Notes: a model not told the origin generated them from the sequence alone. A DNA stretch of 52,955 nucleotides from Candidatus Coatesbacteria bacterium (GCA_016927185.1 JAFGND010000026.1:1-52955); one strand, 5' to 3'. Shown: positions 19,795 to 30,687, counted from the stretch's first letter. Program-made: numbers and translations.

Positions 19795-20227
19795 TTCTTT
19801 CTCCTTCTTCTGTTTGAGAATTACTTGAGCAGGTTAAAATATAATTATCTTCATAGTTCTTTAGGGGGGAGTAAATGTCCTCTACATAAGTGGAAGTTTT
19901 TTCTGGCTTGATTATTTCGGAGAATTTCTCACCAAGATAATATCCACTAATGCTTCCTGAAACAAGAATGAAGAAACTTGCTGCAATTTTTAACCATACT
20001 GGCAATTCCATTTTTATCTGCTTTTTCACAAGTCTTGAAAGTGGTATTTCAACAACAGGACCCTGACTGATTTCATTCATCGAGCTGTTCAACAAATTCA
20101 ATTGCTTCAGGAAATTGCTGCATGAACTACACTTTTCAAGATGACTATTCAGCATCTGCAATTCTTCAGGTTTTATTTCTTTATCGAAGCTCTTGCTTAT
20201 AAGCAATTCGAAATCTTTGCAATCCAA
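19784..20227 (-). CDS. Zinc-finger (zf-HC2/ZAS) anti-sigma factor with a single TM helix
   Basis: C...HLEKCSSC motif and TM WLKIAASFFILVSG; start moved to TTG 20227 behind SD AAAGGAG. Confidence 0.82.
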   Translation of the reverse strand: MDCKDFELLISKSFDKEIKPEELQMLNSHLEKCSSCSNFLKQLNLLNSSMNEISQGPVVEIPLSRLVKKQIKMELPVWLKIAASFFILVSGSISGYYLGEKFSEIIKPEKTSTYVEDIYSPLKNYEDNYILTCSSNSQTEEGERNGN

Positions 20228-20278
20228 AATATCTCCTTTCAATATTAATACAAAAACAAAATGAAAAACTCGCGCGTG

Positions 20279-21922
20279 TTATTTGATTTTAAAAATAACC
20301 ATTTCTCCATTAGTGGCAAGCTTTTCCAGTCTTTCCTGATATAATAAATCCCTGTACCAGCCAGGAAAAAGGATGAAATAATCTGCCTTGAATTTGATTG
20401 TATCTTTTCTGTACTTTTTGAAAAAAATCCTGCTTTCCTCTGTCTCTCCCGTAAGTATTTCCCAGATCTTGTCATGATTGTGAATAATGGGAATCAATTC
20501 AGGTGCAGTTAATCCAGTAATATCAATTATAAACCTGTCCGTCATGAAACTTATTGCTCCTACGTCATGACAAATAAGATAAGCATCTTTATCAATATGC
20601 TCATTTACCCATTCTGCAGTCTTGATATGATTGTTTCTTATCCATGCTCCTTCGTTAAAAAGAAAATCCTTGTTTCTTGCCAGATTATGAACAAGAAGAA
20701 ATATGGTAATTATATATGCACCATTTAAAACTAATCCAGCATCTTCCTTCTTGTAAAACAAGAAATAGCATAAGAATGCTGCAATAATACCCATGAAATA
20801 CAATAAACCTGAAATCCAGATGGATGCAGCAACAAGAAGAATTGAAAGAAATATCATGAAAAAAATCTTTGATTTTCCTTTTTCATTCTCCATGAGTCTG
20901 AAGGCAAAAAAAGAAGCAATATAAAAAAATGACAGGTATGGTATCAAATATCTTCCATGGTGATATAGTCTTGGCAGTCTTATATATAGAAAGATAGATA
21001 TAATTAAAGGAAGTAGTGAAAAAATCAATATAATCGGACTTTTCTTTTGCTTTATCATTAGAAATAATGATATTATATAAAAGGGAAGTAAGAAAAAGGG
21101 AATTGAAAAGGGCTTTTTACCCAGATCTCCTTCAGCATTGCCCCTTAAAAAGAAATCAACTACTGATTTCAAAAAAATCATCTTAGGCTGCAAACCATAA
21201 AATACAGCTTTGGCATAACTTGTTGCAGGGACAAAGGAATTGGTCTTGAAATAATAGAAAAAGGATATTACAATAAATCCCACTAAAAAAATAATATATG
21301 GTTTTAAAAGTACAATTGATTTATTCCTGATAGCTTCGATTATTCTCAATATCAAAAGAAGTAAAATCAGAAGTATCATTTCTGCCCTTGATAAAACAAG
21401 ACAGATAAGTAAAATCCCTTTCAAATGTAAATTTCTATTTTCTGAAATTTCAAGATATAATATTATGCTTAGCAAAGCCAGAGACAAGGAAGTTTCCATT
21501 CCTGAAAAAGCAGACCACAGGAAATGCCAATCAAGAGATAGTATTATGCATAGTAACCAGATATCTGACTTTCTTAATTCCACTATCTTTTTCTTGCTTA
21601 TTTCATTTAAGAATAAATAGGAAAAGTATAAGAATAAAACATGACTCAATCCTCCTATCAAATAAGCAGAAACAACAAAAGATCTTGATAAAAAAGTAAA
21701 TAGAGCCAACATAATAGAAAATAAGGGAGCAGTTGAACTGGCAACAAAAACCTCCTTGTGAAAGGAAATCGTTCCATATTTCAACAGGTTATCTGCAATC
21801 TTGAAATGTATATAGGTATCATCCAGAGGAAATGCATGAGGATAATTAAGAAGAAGATTTAAACCATAACCTAGATAAGGAAGAAAGCAGATTAATAAAA
21901 GTAGATAAACTTTTCTTTGCAA
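20279..21922 (-). CDS. Polytopic GT-C-fold glycosyltransferase (ArnT/Aft-like)
   Basis: LDDTYIHF first-loop acidic motif, SSTAPL, SGMET, RAE, GRYLIP, DVGAISF...DITGLT; many TM helices. Confidence 0.75.
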   Translation of the reverse strand: MQRKVYLLLLICFLPYLGYGLNLLLNYPHAFPLDDTYIHFKIADNLLKYGTISFHKEVFVASSTAPLFSIMLALFTFLSRSFVVSAYLIGGLSHVLFLYFSYLFLNEISKKKIVELRKSDIWLLCIILSLDWHFLWSAFSGMETSLSLALLSIILYLEISENRNLHLKGILLICLVLSRAEMILLILLLLILRIIEAIRNKSIVLLKPYIIFLVGFIVISFFYYFKTNSFVPATSYAKAVFYGLQPKMIFLKSVVDFFLRGNAEGDLGKKPFSIPFFLLPFYIISLFLMIKQKKSPIILIFSLLPLIISIFLYIRLPRLYHHGRYLIPYLSFFYIASFFAFRLMENEKGKSKIFFMIFLSILLVAASIWISGLLYFMGIIAAFLCYFLFYKKEDAGLVLNGAYIITIFLLVHNLARNKDFLFNEGAWIRNNHIKTAEWVNEHIDKDAYLICHDVGAISFMTDRFIIDITGLTAPELIPIIHNHDKIWEILTGETEESRIFFKKYRKDTIKFKADYFILFPGWYRDLLYQERLEKLATNGEMVIFKIK

Positions 21923-21925
21923 ATT

Positions 21926-23089
21926 CTATTTCTTTTTTGGTTCAACCTTTTTATCAGGTTCTCCTTCTGTCTCCTGATTCCTGACTAATTGGATCAAGTA
22001 CTCATCATTTGATTCTACAAGCTTGTCAAGATATATTTTAGCTGCATCATCCTGGGATTTCTCCGTGAAAACTTCATACAAATTGTAATACGCATATGGA
22101 TGTGATAATTTCTTCAGTCCTTCCAGCGCATCGTCATTCTTTAGTTTTTCAGCTTTTGCTATCAAATACAACATAGTATAATAATTTATTTGATATGCAG
22201 GTTCATTTGGATCCTTCTTCATTGCATCAGCAAATCTCTCTGAAGCTTTCTTGTAATCCTTTCTCAGGAAGAAAGATAAACCTGCCAGATTGAGATTAAC
22301 TGCATCAGTTTCCGGTAATCCTTTGACAAGTCCTTCAAATTTATCAATATTATTGATTCTCAAACAAATAGAAGCTCCTAATATCTGGGCTTCTTTTGTA
22401 GGATTTTTTATTTTCTCCCAGTATACCCATGCATCTTTGTAATTCCCTTTCTTATAAAGAATTAAGGCCATTGCAAATAAATATATATCTGCATCTTCTG
22501 GAGGAGAACTCAAGAAAGACTTCAATCCTTCTATTTGTTTGTCACTTGGCAATTTATCTGCTGTAACCTCTCTTGTAAGAAGCATATTTCTTTCTGTCCC
22601 TTTTCTTTCTGAAGATACCCTTTCTGATGCACTTCTTGATACATTAGCCAGTCTTGGAATTTTAATAGAGGATTTCACTGGAGCAACCAATTGAAATACA
22701 ACTTCTTCCTTTTTGGGAGTCTTCTTCAGGAAAAACCTTACTAAATAATAACCTCCTACTACAAGTATTAAAACTCCGATTATCAAACCTGCAATCTTCA
22801 GAATTTTAGGTATAATACTTGGTTTTGAAGGAAGAACATAATCCTCTTCTTCCTCCTCTTCGTTTTCCCGTTTTGTTTCATGCTTTCTTGAAACAACTCT
22901 TTCTTCATCTGCTTCCCTCTCTTCAGCCTCCAATTTTGTCTTTCTCCTAGGCGCTTGAGGTGCAACCACTTCTATTTGTTCTCTGGATTCCAAAGGAGAA
23001 GACGGAAGCATTTCAAGGCAATATCTGCATTTAATTGCATCTTTCTTAATTTTTTCACCACAATATGGACATATCTTATATTCTTCCAT
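21926..23089 (-). CDS. Zinc-ribbon, acidic linker, TM helix, TPR protein
   Basis: CPYCGEKIKKDAIKCRYC; poly-Glu linker; TM; TPR-like helices. Confidence 0.7.
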   Translation of the reverse strand: MEEYKICPYCGEKIKKDAIKCRYCLEMLPSSPLESREQIEVVAPQAPRRKTKLEAEEREADEERVVSRKHETKRENEEEEEEDYVLPSKPSIIPKILKIAGLIIGVLILVVGGYYLVRFFLKKTPKKEEVVFQLVAPVKSSIKIPRLANVSRSASERVSSERKGTERNMLLTREVTADKLPSDKQIEGLKSFLSSPPEDADIYLFAMALILYKKGNYKDAWVYWEKIKNPTKEAQILGASICLRINNIDKFEGLVKGLPETDAVNLNLAGLSFFLRKDYKKASERFADAMKKDPNEPAYQINYYTMLYLIAKAEKLKNDDALEGLKKLSHPYAYYNLYEVFTEKSQDDAAKIYLDKLVESNDEYLIQLVRNQETEGEPDKKVEPKKK

Positions 23090-23102
23090 AAATCCTCCAG
23101 GA

Positions 23103-23843
23103 CTATAAATTCACATATGCAATTTTCGGCATATGAGCTTTATGTCCATTTCTTTTTATCAAATCATGAATCCTGTCTAATATCATATCAGATGGTTTAT
23201 CTGCTCTCTCCTTGTTAAGGTATTTCAAGGCATGCTCCATATCTGCATAATTCAAGCCAATCTCACCTTCATCAGTCTGACCATGCCATAAACCAGCACT
23301 TGGCTGCTTCTCAATTATAGATTTGGGTATATCTAGCTCTTTTGCAATAGCATAAACCTCACTTTTATATAAGTCTCCTAAAGGCATTATATCACACCCA
23401 CCATCTCCATATTTAGTATAATAGCCTAATTGAAGTTCCACTTTATTCCCTGTTCCAATAACAAGATATCTTCTTCTGTTTGCCCAATAATAGAGAACAA
23501 TCATCCTTAATCTTGGTTTTAAATTGTTTGCTGTAAGTTTATTCTCTGGAACATTATCATGTTCCATTAATCTCAAAATGCTTTTATAGAAATCCTTGAT
23601 ATCAATTACAATAGTCTCAATATCAAAATTTTCTGCTACAAGTAATGCATCTTCCCTGTCTTTGAGATTACTTTCACATGGAAGTATAAGACCTAATGTA
23701 CTGGAGGGAGCTACTTGTTTTGCCAAGACTGCAGCTACTGAACTGTCTATTCCTCCACTCATACCTAAAACAAATCCATTTGAACCACTATCTTTCAAAG
23801 CATTTGCCATAAATGTTTGTATTGATCCTATTATTTCCTTCAT
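23103..23843 (-). CDS. nadE: NH3-dependent NAD+ synthetase
   Basis: GMSGGIDS, NLKPRLRM, GYYTKYGDG, PSAGLW.GQTDE. Confidence 0.96.
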   Translation of the reverse strand: MKEIIGSIQTFMANALKDSGSNGFVLGMSGGIDSSVAAVLAKQVAPSSTLGLILPCESNLKDREDALLVAENFDIETIVIDIKDFYKSILRLMEHDNVPENKLTANNLKPRLRMIVLYYWANRRRYLVIGTGNKVELQLGYYTKYGDGGCDIMPLGDLYKSEVYAIAKELDIPKSIIEKQPSAGLWHGQTDEGEIGLNYADMEHALKYLNKERADKPSDMILDRIHDLIKRNGHKAHMPKIAYVNL

Positions 23844-23857
23844 GCTTTATCCCCTTA

Positions 23858-24985
23858 CTAAATTCTACTCAGCGTATCTTGCAATACACTTACAAGATTT
23901 TTGTCAAGCGCATTTAATGAATATTCGTTTATTGCTACTAAAGAAGCATTCTTTCCAATTCTTACTCTTAAATCTTTATCCCTAACAAGATTTATGGTCT
24001 TTTCAACAAATTCATCTAAATCATTTGCCTTAAATCCAGTTAAACCATCTTCTATCAAATAAGAAACCTCTCCATTATTGCTTGCAACAACAGCAAGTCC
24101 AGACGAAAGATATTCAAATACCTTGGTTGGACTTTTACTCCACGCCCATGGTGATTGCTGTATCAATGGAAATAAACCTATATCAAAACTCTGAAGTAAA
24201 GATGGAACCTCTTCATATTTCACTTGAGGAATAACAGAAATAGGCAAGTCACTGTAAATCGTATTTATGCAGTTTTTTACATATTTCATGAATATTCCAC
24301 CGCCTACCAGAACTAGTTCAGTATTCTGGCATTCTTTATAGACTTTCTCAAAAACCTCAAGAATAAACAGGACATTATGATAAATCTGTTCTCCCCATAC
24401 TATTCCTACCCATCCCAGCTTCACTATGTTATCATTATTTCTGTATTCCTTGCATGGGAATCTGTCACTATCCATTCCTGTCGGAACAAGAAAGGTTTTT
24501 GAATTCCATTGTGTAAGGAAATCTTTGAGAAAGTGGCTTGCAGCAATGCATGTACTAGCATTTTCTGATATTCTTTTTGTAGCCTGCAAGTAATTAGAAG
24601 TTCCAAAAACAAACTTATTGATCCAGTGATTTTGAAAAAAAACAGATAATTCAATATCATAGTCATCATAATCAAAGACATATGGATAATTTCTATATCT
24701 GTTTAGAAGAATAGTAGATGCTGAATGATAATGTATTTTCTGAAGGTAAATAAGCCTTTTTTCATTCTTCAGGGCTTTGTAAGCTTTCAGGTTAAGATTT
24801 ATCCTGCTGCATAAATCAAGATTCCACATTTCCTCTTCAGAAAGATTCTTTGCCAGATCCTGCTTGTAACTCAATACTTCTGTATCAAATCCATGCTTTT
24901 CTTTAAGTATCCTGGCAAAGTGATAACATCGAACCCTGGTATGAGGAAGTTCATAACCACTTATACCTATAAAAGTAATTTTCAC
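23858..24985 (-). CDS. Glycosyltransferase family 4
   Basis: DIGLFP...KSPTKVFEYLSSGLAVVAS..GE. Confidence 0.88.
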   Translation of the reverse strand: MKITFIGISGYELPHTRVRCYHFARILKEKHGFDTEVLSYKQDLAKNLSEEEMWNLDLCSRINLNLKAYKALKNEKRLIYLQKIHYHSASTILLNRYRNYPYVFDYDDYDIELSVFFQNHWINKFVFGTSNYLQATKRISENASTCIAASHFLKDFLTQWNSKTFLVPTGMDSDRFPCKEYRNNDNIVKLGWVGIVWGEQIYHNVLFILEVFEKVYKECQNTELVLVGGGIFMKYVKNCINTIYSDLPISVIPQVKYEEVPSLLQSFDIGLFPLIQQSPWAWSKSPTKVFEYLSSGLAVVASNNGEVSYLIEDGLTGFKANDLDEFVEKTINLVRDKDLRVRIGKNASLVAINEYSLNALDKNLVSVLQDTLSRI

Positions 24986-24991
24986 TTCAAA

Positions 24992-25864
24992 TTAATGCAT
25001 TCTGTACAAAATTTCTATCCTTGAATTAGACAAATTATCAAGTTTCTGATCAACATCTTCCATATCAAACCAGAGCTTCTTTGGTTTTTTATAATACTTT
25101 ACAGATGCTTCTTTTTTCAAATTCGCTTCCTTCTTTGCCAAATCTATCGCATCTTCATAAGTACCAAGCTCATCAACAAAATTATACTTTTTTGCCTGTC
25201 TTCCAGTGAAAATTCTTCCATCAGCATATTGCTTTACAAATCCTTTTGAAAGATTTCTTCCTTTTGATACAACTTCTATGAATTGCTCATAAACATCAGT
25301 TACTGTTTCAAGCAGCAGTTTTTTTTCCGCTTCCTCCATAGGTCTGAATGGAGACATTATATCTTTGTAAGCTGAACTCTTTATAGGTTCTACTTTAACA
25401 CCGATCTTATCCATTATGGGACTTATATCATAATGTAGCAGTATAACACCTATACTTCCTGTCAATGTTCCAGGATTTGCCACAATCTTATCACATGCAC
25501 ATGCTATATAATATCCACCTGAAGCTGAGACAGTACCCATAGTTGCTATGACTTTTTTCCCTGACTTCCTCAGTTTTAATATACTCTCATAGATTTCCTG
25601 TGATGGTGCTACGCCCCCTCCCGGACTATCAATACGAATAACAACTGCCTTTACGCTTTTCTTCTTTCTTATGTTTTCTAGTGTTTTTAAAACAAAATTG
25701 ACATTCCTTATCTCACTTTTAATTTCCACTACAGCAACCTGTTCGAATCCAAATGAGCCATCGGACTTGGATAGTGATGCTATGGCAATTGTTATGCTCA
25801 GCAGTGTAGTGAGGACAAGGAAAACAATGATAACAGTCAGTACAATTTTACCAGTTTTACTCAT
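24992..25864 (-). CDS. sppA: Signal peptide peptidase SppA (36K type)
   Basis: RIDSPGG, SASGGYYIA, TGSIGV, YKD, DGRIFTGRQA. Confidence 0.95.
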   Translation of the reverse strand: MSKTGKIVLTVIIVFLVLTTLLSITIAIASLSKSDGSFGFEQVAVVEIKSEIRNVNFVLKTLENIRKKKSVKAVVIRIDSPGGGVAPSQEIYESILKLRKSGKKVIATMGTVSASGGYYIACACDKIVANPGTLTGSIGVILLHYDISPIMDKIGVKVEPIKSSAYKDIMSPFRPMEEAEKKLLLETVTDVYEQFIEVVSKGRNLSKGFVKQYADGRIFTGRQAKKYNFVDELGTYEDAIDLAKKEANLKKEASVKYYKKPKKLWFDMEDVDQKLDNLSNSRIEILYRMH

Positions 25865-25875
25865 AATTTCACTCC

Positions 25876-27123
25876 CTAGTTTAAGGTATCTATGTTCATT
25901 TTTATAACAAAAGGATTAGATGGATAATATGGAATCATTTTTTCACTTGAACATCCCAGGAAATCCTCATTAAACATCTTGAAGAAATTACCACTGATCT
26001 GAATCTGTGGAAGTCTTCCTGAAATCATACCATTCTTATACAAAAAAGCCAGTTGCACTGGTGTTGCAAAATCACCTTTGTCCGTATATGCTCCACCAGA
26101 AGCAACTACTGGAATTATTGCTTCGTTACCTCCTAGGATCTCTTTCAATCTTTTATCATTTGGTTTTATATTTATATGACTGAATTCTATCTTCGGATTT
26201 TCCATGTAAGTTCTATAACCATTAGCAGTAGATTTCTTCTTGAATCTAGCTGCTGTTGCCAAATCCAAGGCTACATTTTTTACTACACCACAGGATATTA
26301 CATCTAAATCATTTTCATCTCTAATCATGCCTTCCATATCAAAAGGATTTACAATACCATATTCAGGCATCAGATTTGAATCTACTATTGAAAGGCTTTT
26401 ATTAAAAACCTGCTCCCCAATCTTCCCTGAAAGCATTGATGTTTTTTCAAAATAACGTTTTCCATCCAGAGACTGCATGAAAAAATCAAGCAGCATTTTC
26501 TGCATACCATCATCTACTAGAATTACCGGATATACTCCGGATTTCAAATTCTGCTTACTCTTGTACACTGAGAATAAGTCCTCTATATGTTTCAGAAATT
26601 GATTGAGTTTTATGTCAGAACCGGATGAATAATCAATATAACCATCCATTATGTTAGATCCGCCCTTCTCCTTGAAAAAAAGTACAAAGTAAAACATCTG
26701 ATGATTTTCGTATAATGAAAGATTCAAATCATTCTCGAGGAGTTTGCTTTCTAAATTTGTAACAGCTATTCCATTGAACAGGTAATCTGGATATTTCTGA
26801 GTTAACTCATTCAGGACATTTTCGCAAATATCATTAAGTTCTTTCAAACTAAGGTTTTCATATCCTTCTGCGAAATCCTTGAAGTATGTATTGTTGGCAG
26901 GTAGTTCATATTCATATCTGAGTCCATAATCCATGTTTTCTTCTGCCCTTTTTATCAAGGATGGAAAATCAGTTACTCCTCTTGCAACAGCAGTCCCCAG
27001 TTTACCATTCCTGAAAATTCTTGCTGCTCTTGAAACATTCTCTTTAATCCTTGTTCCTGCAATCTTGTTTGCAGATATTTTTATTAAATGTTCACTTATT
27101 CTTAACTCAAGTTTTTCGCGCAT
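25876..27123 (-). CDS. pmbA: PmbA/TldE-like protein (divergent)
   Basis: PFDMEG, STANG, GDFATPV, ISGN; no HExxxH; directly downstream of tldD; start at ATG 27123 behind SD AAAGGAG. Confidence 0.7.
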   Translation of the reverse strand: MREKLELRISEHLIKISANKIAGTRIKENVSRAARIFRNGKLGTAVARGVTDFPSLIKRAEENMDYGLRYEYELPANNTYFKDFAEGYENLSLKELNDICENVLNELTQKYPDYLFNGIAVTNLESKLLENDLNLSLYENHQMFYFVLFFKEKGGSNIMDGYIDYSSGSDIKLNQFLKHIEDLFSVYKSKQNLKSGVYPVILVDDGMQKMLLDFFMQSLDGKRYFEKTSMLSGKIGEQVFNKSLSIVDSNLMPEYGIVNPFDMEGMIRDENDLDVISCGVVKNVALDLATAARFKKKSTANGYRTYMENPKIEFSHINIKPNDKRLKEILGGNEAIIPVVASGGAYTDKGDFATPVQLAFLYKNGMISGRLPQIQISGNFFKMFNEDFLGCSSEKMIPYYPSNPFVIKMNIDTLN

Positions 27124-27133
27124 TATATCTCCT

Positions 27134-28489
27134 TTAAGCAATTTGCATCTTTGAAACCTTTACCTTAGGTCCTCCCAATCCAACAGGTAATGGCCACTGC
27201 TCCATCTTGCCACATCCTCCGAATAATCTCACTTCCATCCTGACTTTATCAGACAAGCCAACTATAAGACCCAGTGTCTCAAAAACATTTCCTGTTGCTA
27301 CGCTAACTCTTACTGGTTCAGCTATCCTGCCATCCCTGATCATATATGACATATTTGGAGCAATTGTGAATGTTGACATTCCAGTTCCATAATTAATATT
27401 CTTTATAAATACTCCCTCTTTGATATCAGATATCAAGTCCTCAAAACTTGACTGTCCTGCTTCAATATAAGTATTTGTCATTCTAACTATAGGTTCAAAC
27501 TCACCATTCATAGCTCTAGAGTTTCCTGTCGGTTTTTCTTCGAAATCCCTTGCAGTATCGTTTGAATGCAACCTGCCTTGAAGAATTCCATTCTTGATTA
27601 AATATGTTTTGGTTGCTTTCGTTCCTTCATCATCAAAAGGAGTAAAACCGCTTGAATCTAATATATCTCCCTGATCAACTATAGACAGGATGGAAGAACC
27701 TACTTTTTTTCCAATTTCCCATTCTTTAAGAGCTTCTGGATCACCTGTCATGAAATCTGCTTCAGACTTATGTCCAAAAGATTCATGGGCGAATACTCCA
27801 GAGACTATCTCATCAAGAACAACTGGATATATCCCCTTTTTAACTTCACCAGCATAAAGAAATGGGACTGCTTCATCAAGATAGCCAGTTATTTCCTTAT
27901 CTTTTCCAAATAAATCACTATATAGAACTCCTCCTGAGCTGAATTTTGTAATGAATATCTTGTCTTCATCTTTGAGAACAAAATTGAACATCATCCCATA
28001 GAAAACCCTGTCATATTTGAAATATATACCTGAAGATGATGCAAATGATTTTACATTATAGAAATCCATATATCTTGCATCAAGACTTGCTACTTCTTTC
28101 CTGTTTCTGAATATTTCCTGATAACTTCCAAGCAAATCTCTTTTTTCAACCAGTTCAATATAATCTGGTTTGTTTCTTTCATTGAATATCAATTCCTGAG
28201 AAAGAGATTTTGAAGGAATATAATGCTTCTTTTCAGTATCTTTGTATTTCCTGCTTTGTTCTATCAAGTCGTTTATCACTTTTTCCAATCTTCCTTCTTC
28301 AGCAACAGATGCATATAGCCACCTTCCATTATTCCATACCCTGATAAAGAAAGCTTTTTGATTCTCAGTAGAAATATCTTCAAGAATATAATTCCTGAAG
28401 AGTATTCTGCTTGTCATTGTCTCTTCCAATCTTACATCAAGATATTCGCAGTCAAAAACAGATAAATCATATTTCTTTAAATCACTCAT
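27134..28489 (-). CDS. tldD: TldD metalloprotease
   Basis: GVFAHESFGHKSEAD, FDDEG, PTGNSRA, RMTNTY, GCGK; start moved to ATG 28489. Confidence 0.92.
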   Translation of the reverse strand: MSDLKKYDLSVFDCEYLDVRLEETMTSRILFRNYILEDISTENQKAFFIRVWNNGRWLYASVAEEGRLEKVINDLIEQSRKYKDTEKKHYIPSKSLSQELIFNERNKPDYIELVEKRDLLGSYQEIFRNRKEVASLDARYMDFYNVKSFASSSGIYFKYDRVFYGMMFNFVLKDEDKIFITKFSSGGVLYSDLFGKDKEITGYLDEAVPFLYAGEVKKGIYPVVLDEIVSGVFAHESFGHKSEADFMTGDPEALKEWEIGKKVGSSILSIVDQGDILDSSGFTPFDDEGTKATKTYLIKNGILQGRLHSNDTARDFEEKPTGNSRAMNGEFEPIVRMTNTYIEAGQSSFEDLISDIKEGVFIKNINYGTGMSTFTIAPNMSYMIRDGRIAEPVRVSVATGNVFETLGLIVGLSDKVRMEVRLFGGCGKMEQWPLPVGLGGPKVKVSKMQIA

Positions 28490-28520
28490 TGCAGTCCTTT
28501 CGCTAAAAGTGAAATGAAAA

Positions 28521-28539
28521 TTGACATTACTTTTGTCAA
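28521..28539. promoter_or_regulatory. Palindrome TTGACA-N7-TGTCAA upstream of tldD (-35 box and/or operator)
   Basis: TTGACATTACTTTTGTCAA, about 30 nt upstream of the tldD start. Confidence 0.4.
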
Positions 28540-28794
28540 AGGAAAATTTCAGGAAACCATTAAAATAAAAAATGAGGTAAGCAGAACTTGCTTCATTATT
28601 CAATTCAAAAAGATCTCAATTGAATATAGTTCCATCTTTTAATATAGTATTTTTAATATAGCCTGTTATACAAAAATGTTTTCCTCTTCATTGAGATAAT
28701 AGTCCTTCAGACTATCATGATAAAGATCCCCCAAAAATATGCAGTTGATTCTTCTCTCCCAGTAAGGTTTGTTAGGGTATTATAGTTTGTCTAT

Positions 28795-30687
28795 TTATAG
28801 TTTGCTCTTTATTTCTGATAGCTCTAATCTAAGTTTGTAATTATTTGGATCTAGTTCCACCGCTTTCAGCAGTTCTCTCAATGCTTCCTTCGAATTTGAT
28901 AATTTCTTATATGTAAGGTATGCATGATAATGATAAACCGGACTCTCAGGTAGCATATTTCTCAGCTTTTCGTTATACCATAAAGCTGCTTCAAATAATT
29001 CTTCTCTATAAGATTCTTCCCATGCAGATATTGCCAACTGCTCTCTTAAATTAGCAGTAAATGGTTCTAAAGAATATCTGATTTGTGTTACTTTGATGAA
29101 ATCCATCCTATAGCTTCTTATAGTTATCCTTTCTTTCTCTTTTATAGGCAGTCTTTCCATGATTTTTTCTATTAGAAAAAACTCATCAGAAAACAACGTA
29201 AATGTGAATTCCTTTATTCCTGAATCTTCCATGTGCAGGAGAAAACCAAACAGTTTCTTTGGATTACTACAGTAAAAAATATCCTTCTCTGCATATAATG
29301 GGATCAGATAAAAGGGATACCACCATATATTTGAAACTATAATACTATCTGCTTTTTTTGCATAATCAAGAATTTCTGCAGTAGCTTTTTTCTTGTAATA
29401 GAGTGTATGTAAACCAAGTAACTGATAGGAAACTGAAAGCAGGCAAAGCAGATAGACACATCTTCTTAGTCCTTTATTAAAAAGGTCCCTGATTGAGTTC
29501 CATATTAATATACCTGCAAGTGAATAAAAAGGAAGTAAAAATCTTGCTCCCCATTGCATTCCTCCATTTAATGGACTTATTAATCCAAAAATCAAAATGA
29601 AAGATAAGGCTGCATATAACCATGTTTTATAAGCTGAGTAGTCCTTCCTGAAAATCAACAAGAAAAATATGGGGGAATGATGAAACAATGAAGCTGATTT
29701 CAATGTACTGTTTGCCGGATCATTATCAAATATGCTTATTGCAAAAAAAACTATATGTATCGCAGTATATATCGCTAGGAACTCGTTTCTCTCCTTGAAT
29801 CTTATCATGAATGCACAAGTCAACCAGGCAATCCCGAAAAAAATTGACAGCAGGATATTATTGCTAGCTTGAAAAAGCAATCCATGATACACTCTTGCCT
29901 TCTCAATAATGATATTAACCAAATTACCACTAAAAACTTTGCTTAATCCCATATTCGCTTCAAAATGAGCACCAAGTAAGCTACCATATACGAAATAATT
30001 CATGGCCAGCCAAGCCAGCATGACAAGGATAATCACAAGAATTGCTTTTATGTCTTTTATTCTTTCAAATATAGCAAACAGGATTACAAATAAAAGCAGT
30101 TCTGTTCTGAAGAAAACATTTATAGAGAGAAATAAATAGCATAATTCTGTTCTCTTCTTTATATAAAAAAACAATGCAGCAAGAAAAAATACCACTGATA
30201 TTATGTGCTCCCATAAAACAAGGCAATAAAAGAAATAAGGTATACAGAAGAAAAATAAAAGCAGGAGCATCTCTTTAGGCTGGGTCGAAGCATCCCAGAT
30301 GGTTTGCGAGATTTTTGAAAAGAGGTAGAGTATTAAAAAACCACTTATGAAACCCCATAGGTAGAATCCAAAACTCCCAAACAACTTGTTTGAAGCATAT
30401 AGCATAAAAGAATAAACAGGTGAATGTACTGTTCTGTATTCTGTTTTGTTTTCTCTGTAAGCAAAAGGTCCCCTGAATGGAAAAAACTCCCCTTCCTTAT
30501 CAAGATAGCTCCCTTTGTATAAAATCCTGAATGACCATGTTTTATATATTTTTGAGCTTATTGTTGGCAATATTTTATTAGCTTCGTCTACTATCCAGAA
30601 TCCATTTTGAGATAATAAATAAAAAACCATGAAAAAGAAAACATAAAGAAGATAGTTTATTCTATATCTGACTAACATAATATTCAA
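28795..30687 (-). CDS. Polytopic putative GT-C glycosyltransferase with C-terminal TPR
   Basis: WIVDEANK first loop, WEH, RTE, GGMQWGARFLLP; many TM helices; terminal TPR (KAVELDPNN). Confidence 0.65.
   Translation of the reverse strand: MNIMLVRYRINYLLYVFFFMVFYLLSQNGFWIVDEANKILPTISSKIYKTWSFRILYKGSYLDKEGEFFPFRGPFAYRENKTEYRTVHSPVYSFMLYASNKLFGSFGFYLWGFISGFLILYLFSKISQTIWDASTQPKEMLLLLFFFCIPYFFYCLVLWEHIISVVFFLAALFFYIKKRTELCYLFLSINVFFRTELLLFVILFAIFERIKDIKAILVIILVMLAWLAMNYFVYGSLLGAHFEANMGLSKVFSGNLVNIIIEKARVYHGLLFQASNNILLSIFFGIAWLTCAFMIRFKERNEFLAIYTAIHIVFFAISIFDNDPANSTLKSASLFHHSPIFFLLIFRKDYSAYKTWLYAALSFILIFGLISPLNGGMQWGARFLLPFYSLAGILIWNSIRDLFNKGLRRCVYLLCLLSVSYQLLGLHTLYYKKKATAEILDYAKKADSIIVSNIWWYPFYLIPLYAEKDIFYCSNPKKLFGFLLHMEDSGIKEFTFTLFSDEFFLIEKIMERLPIKEKERITIRSYRMDFIKVTQIRYSLEPFTANLREQLAISAWEESYREELFEAALWYNEKLRNMLPESPVYHYHAYLTYKKLSNSKEALRELLKAVELDPNNYKLRLELSEIKSKL

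Noticed and set aside
28560-28794. Structured ncRNA or riboswitch in the largest intergenic gap
   Set aside because: Only a weak bulged hairpin (about 28571-28597) next to an A tract, at most a weak terminator; no recognisable RNA family motif
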